Assembly (NCBI GenBank): GCA_964019425.1
Contig: OZ025799.1
Location: 248,001 to 312,000 of the forward strand
Source of the DNA: Flectonema sp. DT1601
Lineage: Eukaryota
Length of the DNA stretch: 64,000 bases
Reading direction: 5' to 3'
Shown here: one piece after another, positions 33,878-47,550 of the stretch
How the letters are laid out: each line of letters starts with the position of its first letter
Numbering within the stretch: the first letter of the stretch is position 1
Notes under the pieces: model-generated
Told to the model about the DNA's origin: nothing
The model's input: only the letters and a program-made list of their open reading frames with translations
Databases searched by the model: none
Translations under genes and position numbers: made by a program

Positions 33878-36856
33878 GTTATAACTACGTGATTTTCAAG
33901 AAGGAAACAAAAACAAAAACAAAAAAAGAAGGGGAAAAAAAGGAACGGAAAAAGCGACGTTTCCGCATACGTTTACCCGAAGAACAACACTTTTGCCGAT
34001 AAAAAGAAATATCCGGCGTGTTACAAAAATACAGTAAGCTACAAAAAAGATCACAACTACATAAAACAACGCAGTAATGTGATTCACTTTAGATGTGCTT
34101 AAGTTTGCTGGTGTGAAGCAGCACAATCCTATTAAAGAATTATATTGAAAAAAGTGTTTTTAACATAAACAAGAACAGAGCAAAAAAAGAGGGGCAGGGG
34201 AAAAAAAAAAAAAAAAAAAGATAATAACAACGCACAAAAACCTTTTTCTTTGATAGGATGGCAAATAACACTAAGCAAAATGCTTGTCAGAATATAACTC
34301 CGATTAATTGGCGGTATAGGCTAAACTATAATTAAAGGTTAATTGCTACAATATGAAATCATACACTGTTTTGACTAGTGTATTGATACGGAGTAGTACT
34401 TTGCTATACTTTTTTGTCGCGAAATAATTACAAGCCTACTCCAAACACACAAGACATTCATACGTATATTGTGTAGGAGTAAGTGGTGGGAATGGAAGCA
34501 AGAAGAACAAAAAACAAAACAGAGGAAGGCCCACCAACGTGGAGCATTTCAACCGCTAGATTAGATACTAATCAGGGCAGTACAAGACGAATTGAAAAAG
34601 TAAACCATACCTCCCATCGTGAATGCTTTTTTCAGACTGTACTATGTAATCACGTATGGGGTTTCCTCATGTGCGCTTTCAACCACGCGGTTGGACCACA
34701 GCAGGGAAACCAAGAAACGCGAAAGAGTGTGTGCCTATGTATAAGCTTTTTTATAAGGCTTACGAAACAAAGCAAAAGGGGAAAGGGGTGGAATTCATAA
34801 TTGCGAAAATAAGGACGTTTGCAGAATTTAGTGGTTGTGAACAATGAGTTGGGTTTTTTTTTTTTTTTTTTACTTATTATATTGTAAACTATGAGAAGTT
34901 AGTATGCTACAGGCTAACAGCCTATGCACTCGCGGACCTAGAAAGTCCAAGGAGCACTAGCAAGCAACATTCATACACTCCTAACGAATAGTAGATTAGG
35001 AACTCATATTTTGTACACCATCTCAGCCACGCAAGGAAGGGGGAAGATGCAATAAATTGAATACCCCAATTGTTGGCTACAGCCTGCGTTTTGGGGGAAA
35101 AAGCAGCGAAAAACCGTTTTTTTTAATTGAGTGGACGTTGGTTAGTTAATATTAATAATAATTATCAGTCAATCAAAAAAAAACAAAAATTGCAGGACAA
35201 CAAACAAGTTGGTTTCGGGCTAAGATTAAAGGACGTAAGTTAGTTAATTAGCAAAATACAGAACTGATGACCACGAGGGGTCTGGGTAGCCCACATCAGT
35301 AAGGACCCAATCGCGAAGATTGTAGTTTTATAGTTTCGGCTAGAAGTGATCGGCTTCCAGCTCCCACCTTGCACAGAGGCTAACAGGTTGAAAACAACTA
35401 AAGAAAATAAAATAGAAATGATCTGGGAGTGGGAGGGGGAAGGTGAAAAAAAAATAAAAAATCTTTTTTATTCCATATACAACATCTTTCATTATAACAC
35501 GATCATATGTGCCACATGCCCGCATACCACGAAAGAAAAATAGAAATCCACGGAACAGTACCGAGGATCGTTCACCCCCAGTTATCCAAAGCATTATAAT
35601 TGGACTGTGGGCTTACCGAAAAGCTTTAGAAAACCACAAAAATGGAGCAGCACATAGCCATGTCACTCAGCAAGAAATGAAAACAAAAGGATCAGGCAAG
35701 ATGACAGTCAGTTTAAGGTCATAACTGCGCCGGACCCAAGGGGATGACTTTGAATTTGCATCAAACGGCAGAATAGTGCGCAGTTTGTAAAAGGATTGAA
35801 AACAGGAGATTAAAAGGAGAGGGAGAACGACATTCACACAAGCTAACTTTGTAACTAATGGCAACCATACTCGAGAAAGTTGCCTCAAGAAAGACTTGTC
35901 ACGTGGAAAGAGTCGGAGAACACTGGAGTTTGAGATTGCTCTCTCTCCCAGCCATCAGACCGCTACTCTTGCCGCATTTATTGCGCTTTCCTGTTCAAAT
36001 ACGTATTTTCATACTTTTGACTCTTAAACATGCGGCAAAACGATTTTGGATATCTACTAGTTATTGGGCTTAATTAGATAGTTGACGGGAGGTCAAGGCA
36101 AGAAAGGGAAATACAACGAAACAGAATTTTTAACGAGGTGGCACTGACATCCTCAAGCAGAACCCTGAATTCGTGTTTTTTTCAACCAGAGAGGTTGGAT
36201 CACAGAAGGACAACCCCAAAGGATAGGCAGTGAAGGGTAAAGGGCAAACAGAATTTAGACAACTAGTTATGTTCTTAACAGGTATCTTAGCAACGCCTGA
36301 ATAGAATGCCCCCGGGAAACGGGAGGAGAGAAAAGCTTAACACAAATACCTTTCTGAGTATAAGCTGGTATAGCGAATGACTCTCAAAGAAACAATCAAC
36401 TAGAGAAGCAGAACTGCTCATTCGGTGTCTCAGAGCGTAGGAATAGATGCTCCTCCACAATAGTTAGTAAGTTAGTTATTGTTCAAAAGTCTGAGAAGTA
36501 TTATATTTCTCCTTTCTCAGAGAAATCCAGAGTTGGTAGCGTGTTTTTGTTATTTTAAATCATTATTATTATTATTATTTTTTTTTTTTGAATTTTTTGG
36601 TAGTCAAATATGTTTCTGTTTCTGTTATTTTATTTTTTTTTTTTTTTTTTTGTTTGTTTTTGTACTTGTCTTTAATTCAAGTGTCAGGAAAGAGAAAACG
36701 ATCATTCTAAGAAAACCAGAAGAAAAATATGTCAGCAAGTCAGCCGGCCGATTGGCAACTACGAGGAGTTACCCTATCCACGGAATCATAAGTCATAGGG
36801 ACTCACATAACTGAAGAGCAGTTAATTAAATAAGCCTGAACTGGACTCGAACTTGA

Positions 36857-38203
36857 TCAGGCTGCTCGCATACTTGATATGCGCCGTCGTCGCCATCCAA
36901 AAGGTGTGTCAGTGATCTCTACGAAGACACCCTTAGCGTTAAGAAGAACATATGGGTGTAAGTCACAATCAAAAGTCATGCTTGCTGACCACACAAGAGT
37001 ACCTTCAATACGAAACATAACATGTTGTGAAGGATAGTCAATTAGAATCTCTAGGATATTTCCTGCTCGGAGAGGTGGTAGGTTTGTTGCTACTGGTGCT
37101 CGGTCTGCAGAAGTTATTATCTGACCACATAATTCCATTGCACCCTGAGCATCAACTGAGTGGGGTATTGCTGGCGTTGTTGAGTAGACAACACCAATCT
37201 CACCTTGAAGAGCGCTGTACCCAGAGAAGTGAGAAAATAATACCTCACTCATTCCCCTTGGTACAATTCCAATTAATACTCCAACAGGTAAGTCACATGA
37301 GACTTTGAAGGCAAATCTTCCAGCGATGTCTTTAATTCGGACTTCAGGGACTCCCATTACACCACCCCAGCCGTAATCATTCGATCGTGAGACCATATGT
37401 TCAACACCTCTTGGTGTTGTACATGAAGAACCGAAAATCGACCATTTGTGTAGTTGTTGAGGGGCCGCTCCTCCGAATCTCGTATACTTGACCATGAAGT
37501 CCATGAGCCTTGATGGAGGTTCAGATTTATAGAAAGCAATTACTTGACAATTAGAGTCAACCCTCGTTGTTAATAATTTATCCAACGCAATGTGACCCTG
37601 CAAGTTATCCGAACGCAGAATCACGATGTATTTCACAGTTGCTAAGTTTGTATGTTTCTCTATCCCTCTCACAGTATCAAATGACACAACCGAAGCTAAC
37701 TGTTGAGACGTTAAAGCCGGACTGTAGTCAGCTCCTATAGCTTCTACTAACTGTATGAATCCATCCTTTAATTGTTGTACACTGCTTTCTTTATTAGTGA
37801 TAACTAGTAATTGTCTTTCCGGGATATGCCAATGAATCTTATTCATAACAAGTGCTATTGTTGGATGTAAATCGATCTCTTCTAAGCAGCAGTCCTCACC
37901 GTCGATGACTTGCTGTACGAATCCACGATTTGGACCTTCAATCTGTTGGATTGATAGATATTCCATCAAAGGTTTCATTAGGAACACCTCCGAAGGAGAT
38001 GAAGTGTCTTTCATAAATAACAAACAAATATCAATCAGATTCCTCTCAACACCAGAAAGTTTCAGTGCTAATACGGTTGTTACAACTTCTCGATGCCTTC
38101 CCATTCCTTTAAAGTCGTCAGAACGTGCCGGGATGATCTCAGCACTATCATCGAAATATTGATGACGAACAGAACGTCTGTACCCCTTCGAGACACATTG
38201 CAT
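36857..38203 (-). CDS. Degenerate eIF4A-like DEAD-box N-terminal domain fused to a SPRY/B30.2-like domain, 448 aa
   Basis: QLLVITNKESSVQQL, VKYIVILRSDNL and NCQVIAFYKSEPP align by eye with eIF4A motifs Ia, II and III. C-terminal VLIGIV..LRAGNILEILIDYPSQHVMFRIEG..LHPYVLL is SPRY-like. Confidence 0.7.
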   Translation of the reverse strand: MQCVSKGYRRSVRHQYFDDSAEIIPARSDDFKGMGRHREVVTTVLALKLSGVERNLIDICLLFMKDTSSPSEVFLMKPLMEYLSIQQIEGPNRGFVQQVIDGEDCCLEEIDLHPTIALVMNKIHWHIPERQLLVITNKESSVQQLKDGFIQLVEAIGADYSPALTSQQLASVVSFDTVRGIEKHTNLATVKYIVILRSDNLQGHIALDKLLTTRVDSNCQVIAFYKSEPPSRLMDFMVKYTRFGGAAPQQLHKWSIFGSSCTTPRGVEHMVSRSNDYGWGGVMGVPEVRIKDIAGRFAFKVSCDLPVGVLIGIVPRGMSEVLFSHFSGYSALQGEIGVVYSTTPAIPHSVDAQGAMELCGQIITSADRAPVATNLPPLRAGNILEILIDYPSQHVMFRIEGTLVWSASMTFDCDLHPYVLLNAKGVFVEITDTPFGWRRRRISSMRAA

Positions 38204-41152
38204 AAAGGGACAAGTCCTGAAAGGAAAAGAACTCTATACGTACAAACAATAACTATTCAACAGTGTAAAATAACATAAACACTTATCAACTCGTCGTTAT
38301 TTAGTGTAACTACCTGTATAAGAATAAAGACTGAAGAAGCTCAAAGAGAACAAAAAAAAAAAAACCAATCAGGTGAATGACAAGAGAGAATAATCACAGA
38401 GCCAGTCCTGTTCTCATACTTTGTCGAAAATTGAGCGCTTTGCTCTGATGTCGAGACACACGAACTCGACTTTAAATATTACCCAACCGAACTATCGATG
38501 GTTGGGTGCGATCGCAACGAAACTGAATACGGATTCCAATACAAAAATAAAAAAAAAGAAAGGAAAAAAAAAAATACTTAAAAAAAAGAAACAACTGGGG
38601 TACTTTTGCGAAAACAGCAAAGCCAAAAACATCAACGAGCGATCTCGTGATTAAAAGATTCTGTGAGTCGCAGAGGCCTTGATGTCACAGCTCTGTGTGA
38701 AGTCCAAACTAAGAACAGAATTCTGAAGTCACAAAAAACCTTCTCCAGGAAGGTTAAAGTGACAACATCTTAATAATCACATAGCTGCTTTAGTTGTGAA
38801 TAAATATTATATTTCATTCTTTCTGCTCTGTACATTACCAAAGTCGAGCACTTTGTAGAAAAAAAAAAAAAAAAAAACTAAACTTACCAAAAAAAAAAAA
38901 AAAAAAAAAAATTGTAGAAAATATTTTATTTTGTTTAGAAAACAACTTTATTTATGATTGATTGATAAAAAAAGAATTCCTACAATAAAATAGGAATACT
39001 TTTTCTCTTTCTTCAAGTCGGGGAATGGATTTTTTCTCGCACTAAAGGGAAGATACCTTGGCTTGCTTGAATACAAGTCGCACCAATGACGCAAAAGATA
39101 GAACAACAGAGTTGGCTTTTAAGACTCTCGTTGTCTAATCATAAATTGATAAAACCATTTGGTTTGTTGTTGTGTTTCTTAACACAATCATTAGCAATCA
39201 ACTAGAAAAATAAAACGCACCAAAGAAGAACCAGTATTCGGCCGACTTGCCAACGTAGGCGACAGCAATGAACCAAAATAATTAACATTCGGCTGGTTTT
39301 TTTTCTTTTTTTGATTATTTGACAGATTTAAAAAATCAGCAAAGTAAAATAGTTAGGCAAACACGAGTTTTTTTTTTTTTTTTTTCTTTTGTTAAAAATG
39401 GAAAATCCTGCAATTTGATGATATTACAGAACGTTATTTTACTTAACAAAAATCCTAGAGAAAATCACCAAAGTTGATAAAAGAAAACTTCCTATTTGTA
39501 AAATCAACAGATTACAACGATATAACCAAATGGGTTTTGTTTGTTTGATTGTTGAGTAACCCAGAAGAGATTCAGCTGATCAAGTGCAGATTAAATCAAA
39601 TCAAAGGTCATCCTTAATAGTGGCACAACTAGTAATGTCACACAGTAAATAATCTTTTCCTCTCTTACCCCTTCACTAAGTGTGAAGTTGGCAATAATGA
39701 TATTTGTGCGTGCAGATTAATTGCAGAAAAGAAAAATCAGCACAGTCAAGAATTATAAAATTAGTGAGAAAATATAGGGGTTAGGTAATCAAAAGAGTCG
39801 TGTTGGGAAGGGGTACTCACATAATTTATTTCTTCTGCCATACAACAGAAAATAAAATACTTTACCGATACTATCTACATCCTCGTCATGTTTTTTTTTT
39901 ATTATTATTTTTAATAGGAGAAAAGCAATGCGAGTGATCTTGCTTAAGGATCGTAACTACGCTTAGAAAACTACTATTTTAATTATGTTGCTCGGAGTAC
40001 CGTCCTAATAACTGTCGTTAACAATACAGGAGACTTTGATAGCAACAAGAGTATGGGAAAGAGACATGAGCAATATTACTAAAGTCGAACCTCCATTTGG
40101 TATCAATAGAAGAGTATCGCATATGAAATCAACGAGAAGCTCACCCCGTCTGAGACGTGAAAACAATTCAAAGAACGAATCCTTGTCACAGAATTTACGA
40201 AACAGAGAGAAGCAAGAAATTCGATCCAACAAGGAACAGCAGAAAGGGAAGACAGTCCCGCGACGAATGTTTCAGAAGCAATAAATTAACCAACAGGCGT
40301 AAATGACACGCCTTGTTTCTCTTACAATAATAATTGCTCCACACAGATGACGAGAAACCGTACAATGACGGGAAGGTAATACCTTTGTGAGTGCCTCCCA
40401 CACATGCAAGGACTCAATCTACGAACACGTACCGAGAATAGGAATTGCAGAACAACCCACCTGATTGACAAAAACTAAAAAAAAAATGAAAACAGATCAG
40501 GGGGATGAATTCCGGCAAACACGAGAAAATAATTTATAAAAAGTAAATGGTTTCAACAAGAGAACCTTCGCTGACAAAACAGAATATGCTCAGATCTAGT
40601 AAGAAAGTCTTACTTTTTCCTTTGTCCTTTTAGTGGGTCACTGCCGAAGAACTCTGTCTCACGGCTATCTCACCGAGATGCTTGAGATTCGCAAGGGTCC
40701 AACTGAGGAAAGAAAGAACAAAAAAGAAGGGAATCGATATGGACATGAAACAAACAAAATCAGCGATACTTTTAACCTGCAAGAAACCAATACTTCATAG
40801 GGGTGTAGCTACAGTATAGAAGGAGTCAAGGAAGGATGTCGATCAGATGATCTACAGTTAAGTAAACCCTTGTGATGCATATTAATAAACAAAATTAAAT
40901 ATAAAAAAAGTAAAATAAAAGTATTCATTTCAATTCCCAAGTTTAGCCGCATACCTCGTCAATGATGGCGGGAGAGTGAACTAAATCAAAAAAAAAAAAA
41001 AAAAAAAAAAAGGAAAGGAAAGGAAAGGAAAGAATGGAGAACAAACTAAGATCGTTTCAGACAGTTGATCCTAAAATGATTCTAAAACTGATTATGAGGT
41101 CTGGATATCACTTTCAATTTATCTGAAGGAAGGATGAAGACCGTAGGAGTTT

Positions 41153-42358
41153 TTACCTGACTTTCTTCTCAGGTTTATCCGGCTTTGATGATTTTGCTCT
41201 TTCGTTCCTTGCACGTAATTTATCTTCGCGTCTCATTGGGGCAAGAGTTCGTGACGACTTGGCTTTGCTAATAATCTTATCAGTTCCAGACGTTCCGAGA
41301 AACTCTTTCACATCAAAGGCATCCCAAGGATCTGACGAGTCAAAAGGAGTGATAGCGTCATCATGATACGTCACTCCAGGTACTACTTGTCCCCCAAGAC
41401 TCTTTCTTCTTGCAATTGGAATGTTAGCTGTCGGGTTTATATTAAAATTAGTTGTCAGAGTTTTAGAGAAGGCAACAAAAGATTGGTTTCTTAACAAAGC
41501 AGAACACAGATCCCATTCAACACCTCCGTTGAGATAGTGTTGGTCTTCTTTGATGTGACGTTTTCGACTTTCGATAGCCATTTGGCGTTGGTCGAGTGAG
41601 CTCTTGTGAGCAGCTTCTGCCTCTCTTCGAGTAGAATCGCGGTGCTGAATGCGAGAGCTTTGCACACGAAGCTCCGCGATTGACGGTGCGAAGGTAAACT
41701 TACTCAGCTTCTCTAAGTCAGGTGGCTGTAGCTCAGGCTGTTTCTTAGACCTCGATGAGAGAGGAGCTATTCCACGAGCCTGCAAGACGCTATCATGAAA
41801 CTGAGTTTGCTCAGACATAACCGTCCGCGAAGGTTTCTTTGTAACTTCCTGCTTCTGCGCAACTGCGCTCTGCCTTCGGCGTCTCTGTGAAATCCTTTCC
41901 AAAATATATAATTCTTTTATTGCCTGAATCATTAGCTTTACTCTTATCTGGGCGAATTGTAGTTGTGCCCAAAGTCCTTCTTCATATTGAATATTTTGTG
42001 GGTTTGGTACTTTGACATATTCTTTGAGCGTTCTTCGTATCTCAGAAGCTTTTTTATCGTCGCTGGTCTTCCACCTCAGGAAGAGGGCTTCGAACATAGC
42101 AGTCCTGCGTGCTAACCACTTTCTAACGTGTCTTTGAATTGTTCGTATTGCTGTTGTATATTCTTTTACTTTCAACATAAGAATCATTTTTTTATCAACT
42201 AATTTTAACATATTTTTTATAACCTGACTGTGCTCTGCTAAACCATCCTTTTGATCTTTAGTTGCGGCATGCTTTGCTCTCCAGGCAGAGATTCTTTTTC
42301 TCTTTTCTGTTTGTTGGTCTCGAAGTTCAGATGACAAGGCGCCAATGCGAAGTCTCAT
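41153..42358 (-). CDS. Hypothetical coiled-coil protein with an IQ-like calmodulin-binding motif
   Basis: Long ORF with AIRTIQRHVRKWLARR. The likely start is ATG 42358 (MRLRIG), because a TTCTTATTAG acceptor-like site lies between it and the ORF-track start at 42454. Confidence 0.75.
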   Translation of the reverse strand: MRLRIGALSSELRDQQTEKRKRISAWRAKHAATKDQKDGLAEHSQVIKNMLKLVDKKMILMLKVKEYTTAIRTIQRHVRKWLARRTAMFEALFLRWKTSDDKKASEIRRTLKEYVKVPNPQNIQYEEGLWAQLQFAQIRVKLMIQAIKELYILERISQRRRRQSAVAQKQEVTKKPSRTVMSEQTQFHDSVLQARGIAPLSSRSKKQPELQPPDLEKLSKFTFAPSIAELRVQSSRIQHRDSTRREAEAAHKSSLDQRQMAIESRKRHIKEDQHYLNGGVEWDLCSALLRNQSFVAFSKTLTTNFNINPTANIPIARRKSLGGQVVPGVTYHDDAITPFDSSDPWDAFDVKEFLGTSGTDKIISKAKSSRTLAPMRREDKLRARNERAKSSKPDKPEKKVR

Positions 42359-43112
42359 TTTTACTGGAGCGAGTGTCCAGGGGGGGGTGGGAGGGACCCC
42401 TAATAAGAATGAACTATTAAACTCTGCGTAATAATAGAACATTAAAAACCACATAATACTATCTATTGCTAGTCACGCGTCTAAACCATTTCAAATAATT
42501 GCAATAAAAAAGAAATTTCATCACTATACTTTACAACAGACACAATAATTTATGCGAAGCGTGTGATGGCTGAACATATGGCAACAGAAATAGTAAAGTA
42601 AAGTCAACAAAAAAAAAAAGAAGGGATAGATAGGGGAAACAAAAAAAGATTCTTATTCAGAAATTGTATACCAACACGACGACGAAAAGGTTAGAGAAAA
42701 TACCTCGTTTTCGATACTAATTTAGACCAAGAGTACAACATACGTAGAACAAGAACAAGAAACAAAAATTACTCGAATGTTGAGTAAGCGAGGTGTTCTC
42801 TACACAATTCCTCATTGATATAGATATCCTACAGAAGGTTTCAGTTAATAAGAAGGTATCACCAGCAGACAGTAGAGAAGTACATTATAAAAAACATCAG
42901 AAAAGGTTTGTAAAAAACCTCACAACAGGTACTAAGAGACTCTAATTGTTGACGTCGTTGTTTTATTAAAATTGAGTGTTGACACATCATAATAATAAGA
43001 GAGATGATTTCGTTCGAGAAACGCAACGAACCCAACCTAAAGTTACAGACAGAGAAGTTTATCACAATTGTGATATCTTTTAATCCAACTACAGGTGTGT
43101 AGATGACAGGTC

Positions 43113-44270
43113 TTAATTAAAGTCACCAACGTGATAATTATTATCCCAGTATCCGTGAGTCGCTGGTGTGCATTTACACTTAGCATCTGGTGTGAGGCAC
43201 TGGTAGCAGAATTTGTACCCGCAGCGACATTTCATTTTATCACAGCCGTCGGATTTTACTACTCCTGCACCGCATTTCTTACACATTCGGATATTAGACT
43301 TTAGAAAGTACTCTCTTGTTCGAATCTCTTCCTCTGATGTTCGAACAGAGAGTCGGTGTTCCTCGCATGATTTGTGAAAGTGATAAGGTGATGTTCCACA
43401 GGCAAGGCAGCTACACCTTCTGCACATGCTGCAGTCAAATAGAGCTATCTTATTATCATCTGGTGCCCAAGAAATTACATTGACACAGTCAGGAGTTGGA
43501 CAATTAAACAAAGACGGATCTATTGAAACAGCGTGGTCAATTCCTCTTTTACTCACCGTGTCTAACATATCTGTTCCACATGAACAGGAGATTTCTTTGT
43601 GAGTGAAGAAACCATCACATGTGTCGCCGAGGCATTTGATTCGGACTTGACCAGTTTCAAGAATTGCTTTGGCATGATGATTAATACAGGTAACACAGAA
43701 CGTTGAACCACAACACTGTGTTTGTAGTGTCTCACTTGGTTTGACATCAGAATAACATATCGGGCATTCAGTTATCGCAATCGTTTCAGACAAGTCTTTA
43801 ATTACAGTATTTGGTTGTTCGGAGTTATCTAATAATTCTAAAGCACTTCTCCAATCATTACCTCCTGTTAATGATATTATTTCTCTTACTGCTGTTTGGA
43901 CAGCTGAATGCTCTCGGTTCCATTTATCAGCAATTTTGGCTACACTTTTACTAAAAGTTGATTCGGTTGAATTCTGAAGACACATTTCACATTTTATAAG
44001 CTCAGAAGGATTACAAAAAGTACATTTTTCACAATTCCAAATTTCATTTATCCCATCTTCTCTGTCAGTGCTTTGTGTTGAAATGCCATTTATATTCGGT
44101 TCTCGCAGCTGTTGACACACATCACACTTTAACTCTTCAGGTTCATTTTTATACGTACATAATTCACAACGCCAATATCCTCTTAGCGTACTGGGATGTT
44201 CACACACGTGACAAATATCTTCGATCGATGGATTGGTAAACGTACACTGTAGACACGTCCACTCTGTCAT
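43113..44270 (-). CDS. RBR-type E3 ubiquitin ligase with three N-terminal RanBP2/NZF zinc fingers, 385 aa
   Basis: WTCLQCTFTN..C..C, WRCELCTYKN and WNCEKCTFCN fingers; RING1 CPICY..FCVTC; IBR CPTPDC..CSMC..CLAC..H; RING2 CKKC..KSDGCDKMKCRCGYKFCYQC. Confidence 0.9.
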   Translation of the reverse strand: MTEWTCLQCTFTNPSIEDICHVCEHPSTLRGYWRCELCTYKNEPEELKCDVCQQLREPNINGISTQSTDREDGINEIWNCEKCTFCNPSELIKCEMCLQNSTESTFSKSVAKIADKWNREHSAVQTAVREIISLTGGNDWRSALELLDNSEQPNTVIKDLSETIAITECPICYSDVKPSETLQTQCCGSTFCVTCINHHAKAILETGQVRIKCLGDTCDGFFTHKEISCSCGTDMLDTVSKRGIDHAVSIDPSLFNCPTPDCVNVISWAPDDNKIALFDCSMCRRCSCLACGTSPYHFHKSCEEHRLSVRTSEEEIRTREYFLKSNIRMCKKCGAGVVKSDGCDKMKCRCGYKFCYQCLTPDAKCKCTPATHGYWDNNYHVGDFN

Positions 44271-47200
44271 ACGACTTGTTTTGTCTGTTTTTTGGGTAAA
44301 TAATATGCTAGGAATTTTTAGTCAAGGAAATTATACTTATTCATGGTTGTTGCTGTTTTTTTTTTTTTTTTTTTTTTTTTCCCTGTATTAAGAAGAACAC
44401 ATTTTTTATTCAATAGTTTATTTATAAAATTCAATAATAGTAAATATTAACCTTTGCCTTGTTTTAACTCAATAAAATTATACACGGAATTCCTCTTTTT
44501 TTTTTTTTTTTTTTTTTCCCCACCTTCTCGAAAAGAAAACTGTTTTTCCCATGTGTGGTTACAGTTTTGTGAACTAATATTACTGGCAGCTCGATTACAG
44601 CTTCAACTACGTTTGTGACCTTTTTTTTTGGAGTCAAAGGCTTCTCTTTAAGGACTATTAATACATTGCAATGATGCAACAACTTCATCGGGGGAATTCC
44701 CTCTTTTTTTTTTTTTTGAAATTCACTTTTTTAAAAAAAAAGTCAGATTGCTACATATGTATCATTATCTTAACTGAAGTGATTGATATTGAATGTGTGT
44801 TAGTACATCGCGAGAGCATTAAGTATTTAGTAAGGTGTTATTTTCTTTTTTTTTTTTTTTTTTTTTTCCCCGCTTAGAACGAATGGCGAAAAGTAAAGAA
44901 ATTGTCACAGCACAAAGTAAAAACTTACAAAAAAAAACAAAAATATATAATAAAATAGAATAAAAGCAAGTCAACCTCTTTCCATTAACGTAGAAAAGAG
45001 ACAAGCAGGGTAGATCAGATAATTTGCTACAACCCAAGAGAGCCACACGTACGATATAACTAAACATCAAAGTGTCAGCTACTCAACATAATTTGAGAAG
45101 TTGCTTACGTCGAATGCGGAGAGAACCGAATTAATCTTTCTCTCTTACATCCATTCGCCACTCTATCTCGTTGTACAGATTCATCTGTATTGAATTTAGA
45201 GTAAGGGGCATAAAGGAAAAGATTCAACTCAGAATTAATGGCAATGACAACGGTTTCTTTTTTTTTTTTTTTTTTTTCCCCCTCCATCCTCCCATTCTAA
45301 ATCGACCAAAGTAGTGAACAAAGATCTGGTTGCGAAACCCTCCCTGGGAGAAATACATCGCGTGCTGGATCACATACCAACAACAAGACATCAGTTGTGA
45401 CTTTGTTGATGTTTTTTCCACCGTAGCAATAGTGGAATTTATATTATTATTTTCTCCCAACGGAGTTCGTTTGAAAAAAAAAAAAAAAACGAAACAAAAA
45501 CTGGTCTTAGAAGGTCCTCACTTTTAAATACCGACAATTCGAGTTATCCAGCAAAAAAAAGGAAAAGCCGGTTACAGCGCCATTCTCCAACAAAAAATAA
45601 AAAAACTGACTTAAATTTTACTTGTCAGAGAACAATGCTGTTCTTTTTGAGTAAATTAAAAATCGCTTTCGACTCAGTGATGTCCAAACACTCATAATTT
45701 TCTTTCTTTTTTTCTCCCTTCCGCACATCGTATTTTTATTCCACATATGTCATGAAACTATACTAAACCCACTAACTACTAAAAACAAAGTGACACGAGG
45801 TTAGAAACTACACCGCCAATCGTTACAATTAAACACAAAGAGCCGTCCGAAAAGCGAATAGGACTTTCATCTCAATACAAAGGTTTTTGGATTCGGTATA
45901 AAATTTATTTAAAAAAAAAACTAGAAAGAATGAGCAAAAACGATTCTAGACCAACAAGGGACATGAATGAGAAAATTTCTCTTCCTGCCACGGTCTACTA
46001 ACTGAGACGAACAGTACAAAAAGGCTTGGGGGGAAAACCAAAAAAGAAAAAAGAATATGAGAAAGGGAAAAAAAAAAATGCTTTTGATTCACCCAACACT
46101 ATGAAAAAAGAAAACAAGGGCAAAAAAAAAAAAAAAAAGACGTTGCAAAAGGTTGATGTACATTGATGAATTATATTTTTATCATTCAGCCACAGATAAG
46201 TATGATATGGGAATTCATACGGCAAGTTGACTTAAGTGTTTTTAGGTAACAAGAGTACTGCATTTCCCACACAATCACATCATACGTGTGGAAGACAACA
46301 TGGTAACGACAGGCAACAGTTCCGCCAAGCCTTAATAAATATAACTTTCCAAATCAGCAGGGGACTAAAATCCATATTTCACATTCAACAACTCAATAGC
46401 TGCAAGGAAATGATAGGAAGACGCATCTATGCTAACATTAGTTACAAATATCCGGCTGTGGATCCAGAGAATTGTCGATTTCTTTTTTTCTCAATATGCA
46501 AGATTGCCAAATTAAAACAACAGAAAAAAAGTAATTAAAAAGGAAAAAAAAAAAAAGAATGGAGGAAACAAGAAACAACGACGGCATCAAAACTAAAACA
46601 AGAAATTCCAGTAATTTATCTCTTAGACGAGAATCACGATTGCTATTATTTCTCATAAGAAAATTTGCTGGCGGCGATGTCTCTATCTTTCACCCAAAAA
46701 GAAACAAAAAAAATAAAATCGCAATATTTGCATGTTGAAACAACATCTGACCTGCAAAAGCAAATTTTATAATAAATTAAATGTCGCCTGGGACCAAACA
46801 GCCGACGTACTTTTTTTTTTTTTTTTTACTTTTCTTATTTTTTTTCAAACCAACCATAATATTCTGAACTATTGTTGACAGCAGACACAGCAAAGAACGA
46901 CCCGATCACATCATGGTTTAAAAAACAGAATACAAAAAAAAAGGGAGAGAGACTCATTGGCTCCCTTTATATAAAAGGCTCAACCTGACCAATGGTAAGA
47001 GAGCAAAAGAAACGTTGAGATGCACATTGAAGGACCAACTGCAAAAGTTGTTTCTATTTATGTTGGCAGGTTTTATTTCCTTCAGTAACTACAACACACA
47101 TGTAGTGTTGATTAGTATGGTTAGAAGGAACGCCTTGAGGTAGGGAAAACACGACTACTCTGGATTACAAAATCTACAAAAAGATCCCACTCCCTGAGTC

Positions 47201-47550
47201 AGTTGTGAAAATCCGTTAGAATTGTCAGAAAAGACGAATTTTCTGCGAAAGTATTTCAGCGTATGTCTTTTTATCGAAAGAGAAAAACAGGGGGAAAGAA
47301 AAAAAAAAAAGAAAAAAAAAGGGAAACAACAAATGAAAGCTGTGGAGCTGAAACTGCTGTGGAAGGTAAAAAACATAAGTGTTCAACACTTGATACGGAC
47401 GTATGTCTCTTCTTTACGAAACGACTATCTTTGCAATGCATCAAACAAGATAGGGATAATTGTCGGAAAGCTGCACTTGTGTGCAGCGTGCGAAGGGGTT
47501 TAATGTCGCTACCGTATTTGATGCTTCAAACTATCAATTAGTTATAGAAA

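Noticed and set aside
33878..33881. GTTA as a target-site duplication for the LINE (also at 31179-31182)
   Set aside because: Only 4 bp and overlapping the tail repeat, so it cannot be distinguished from chance.
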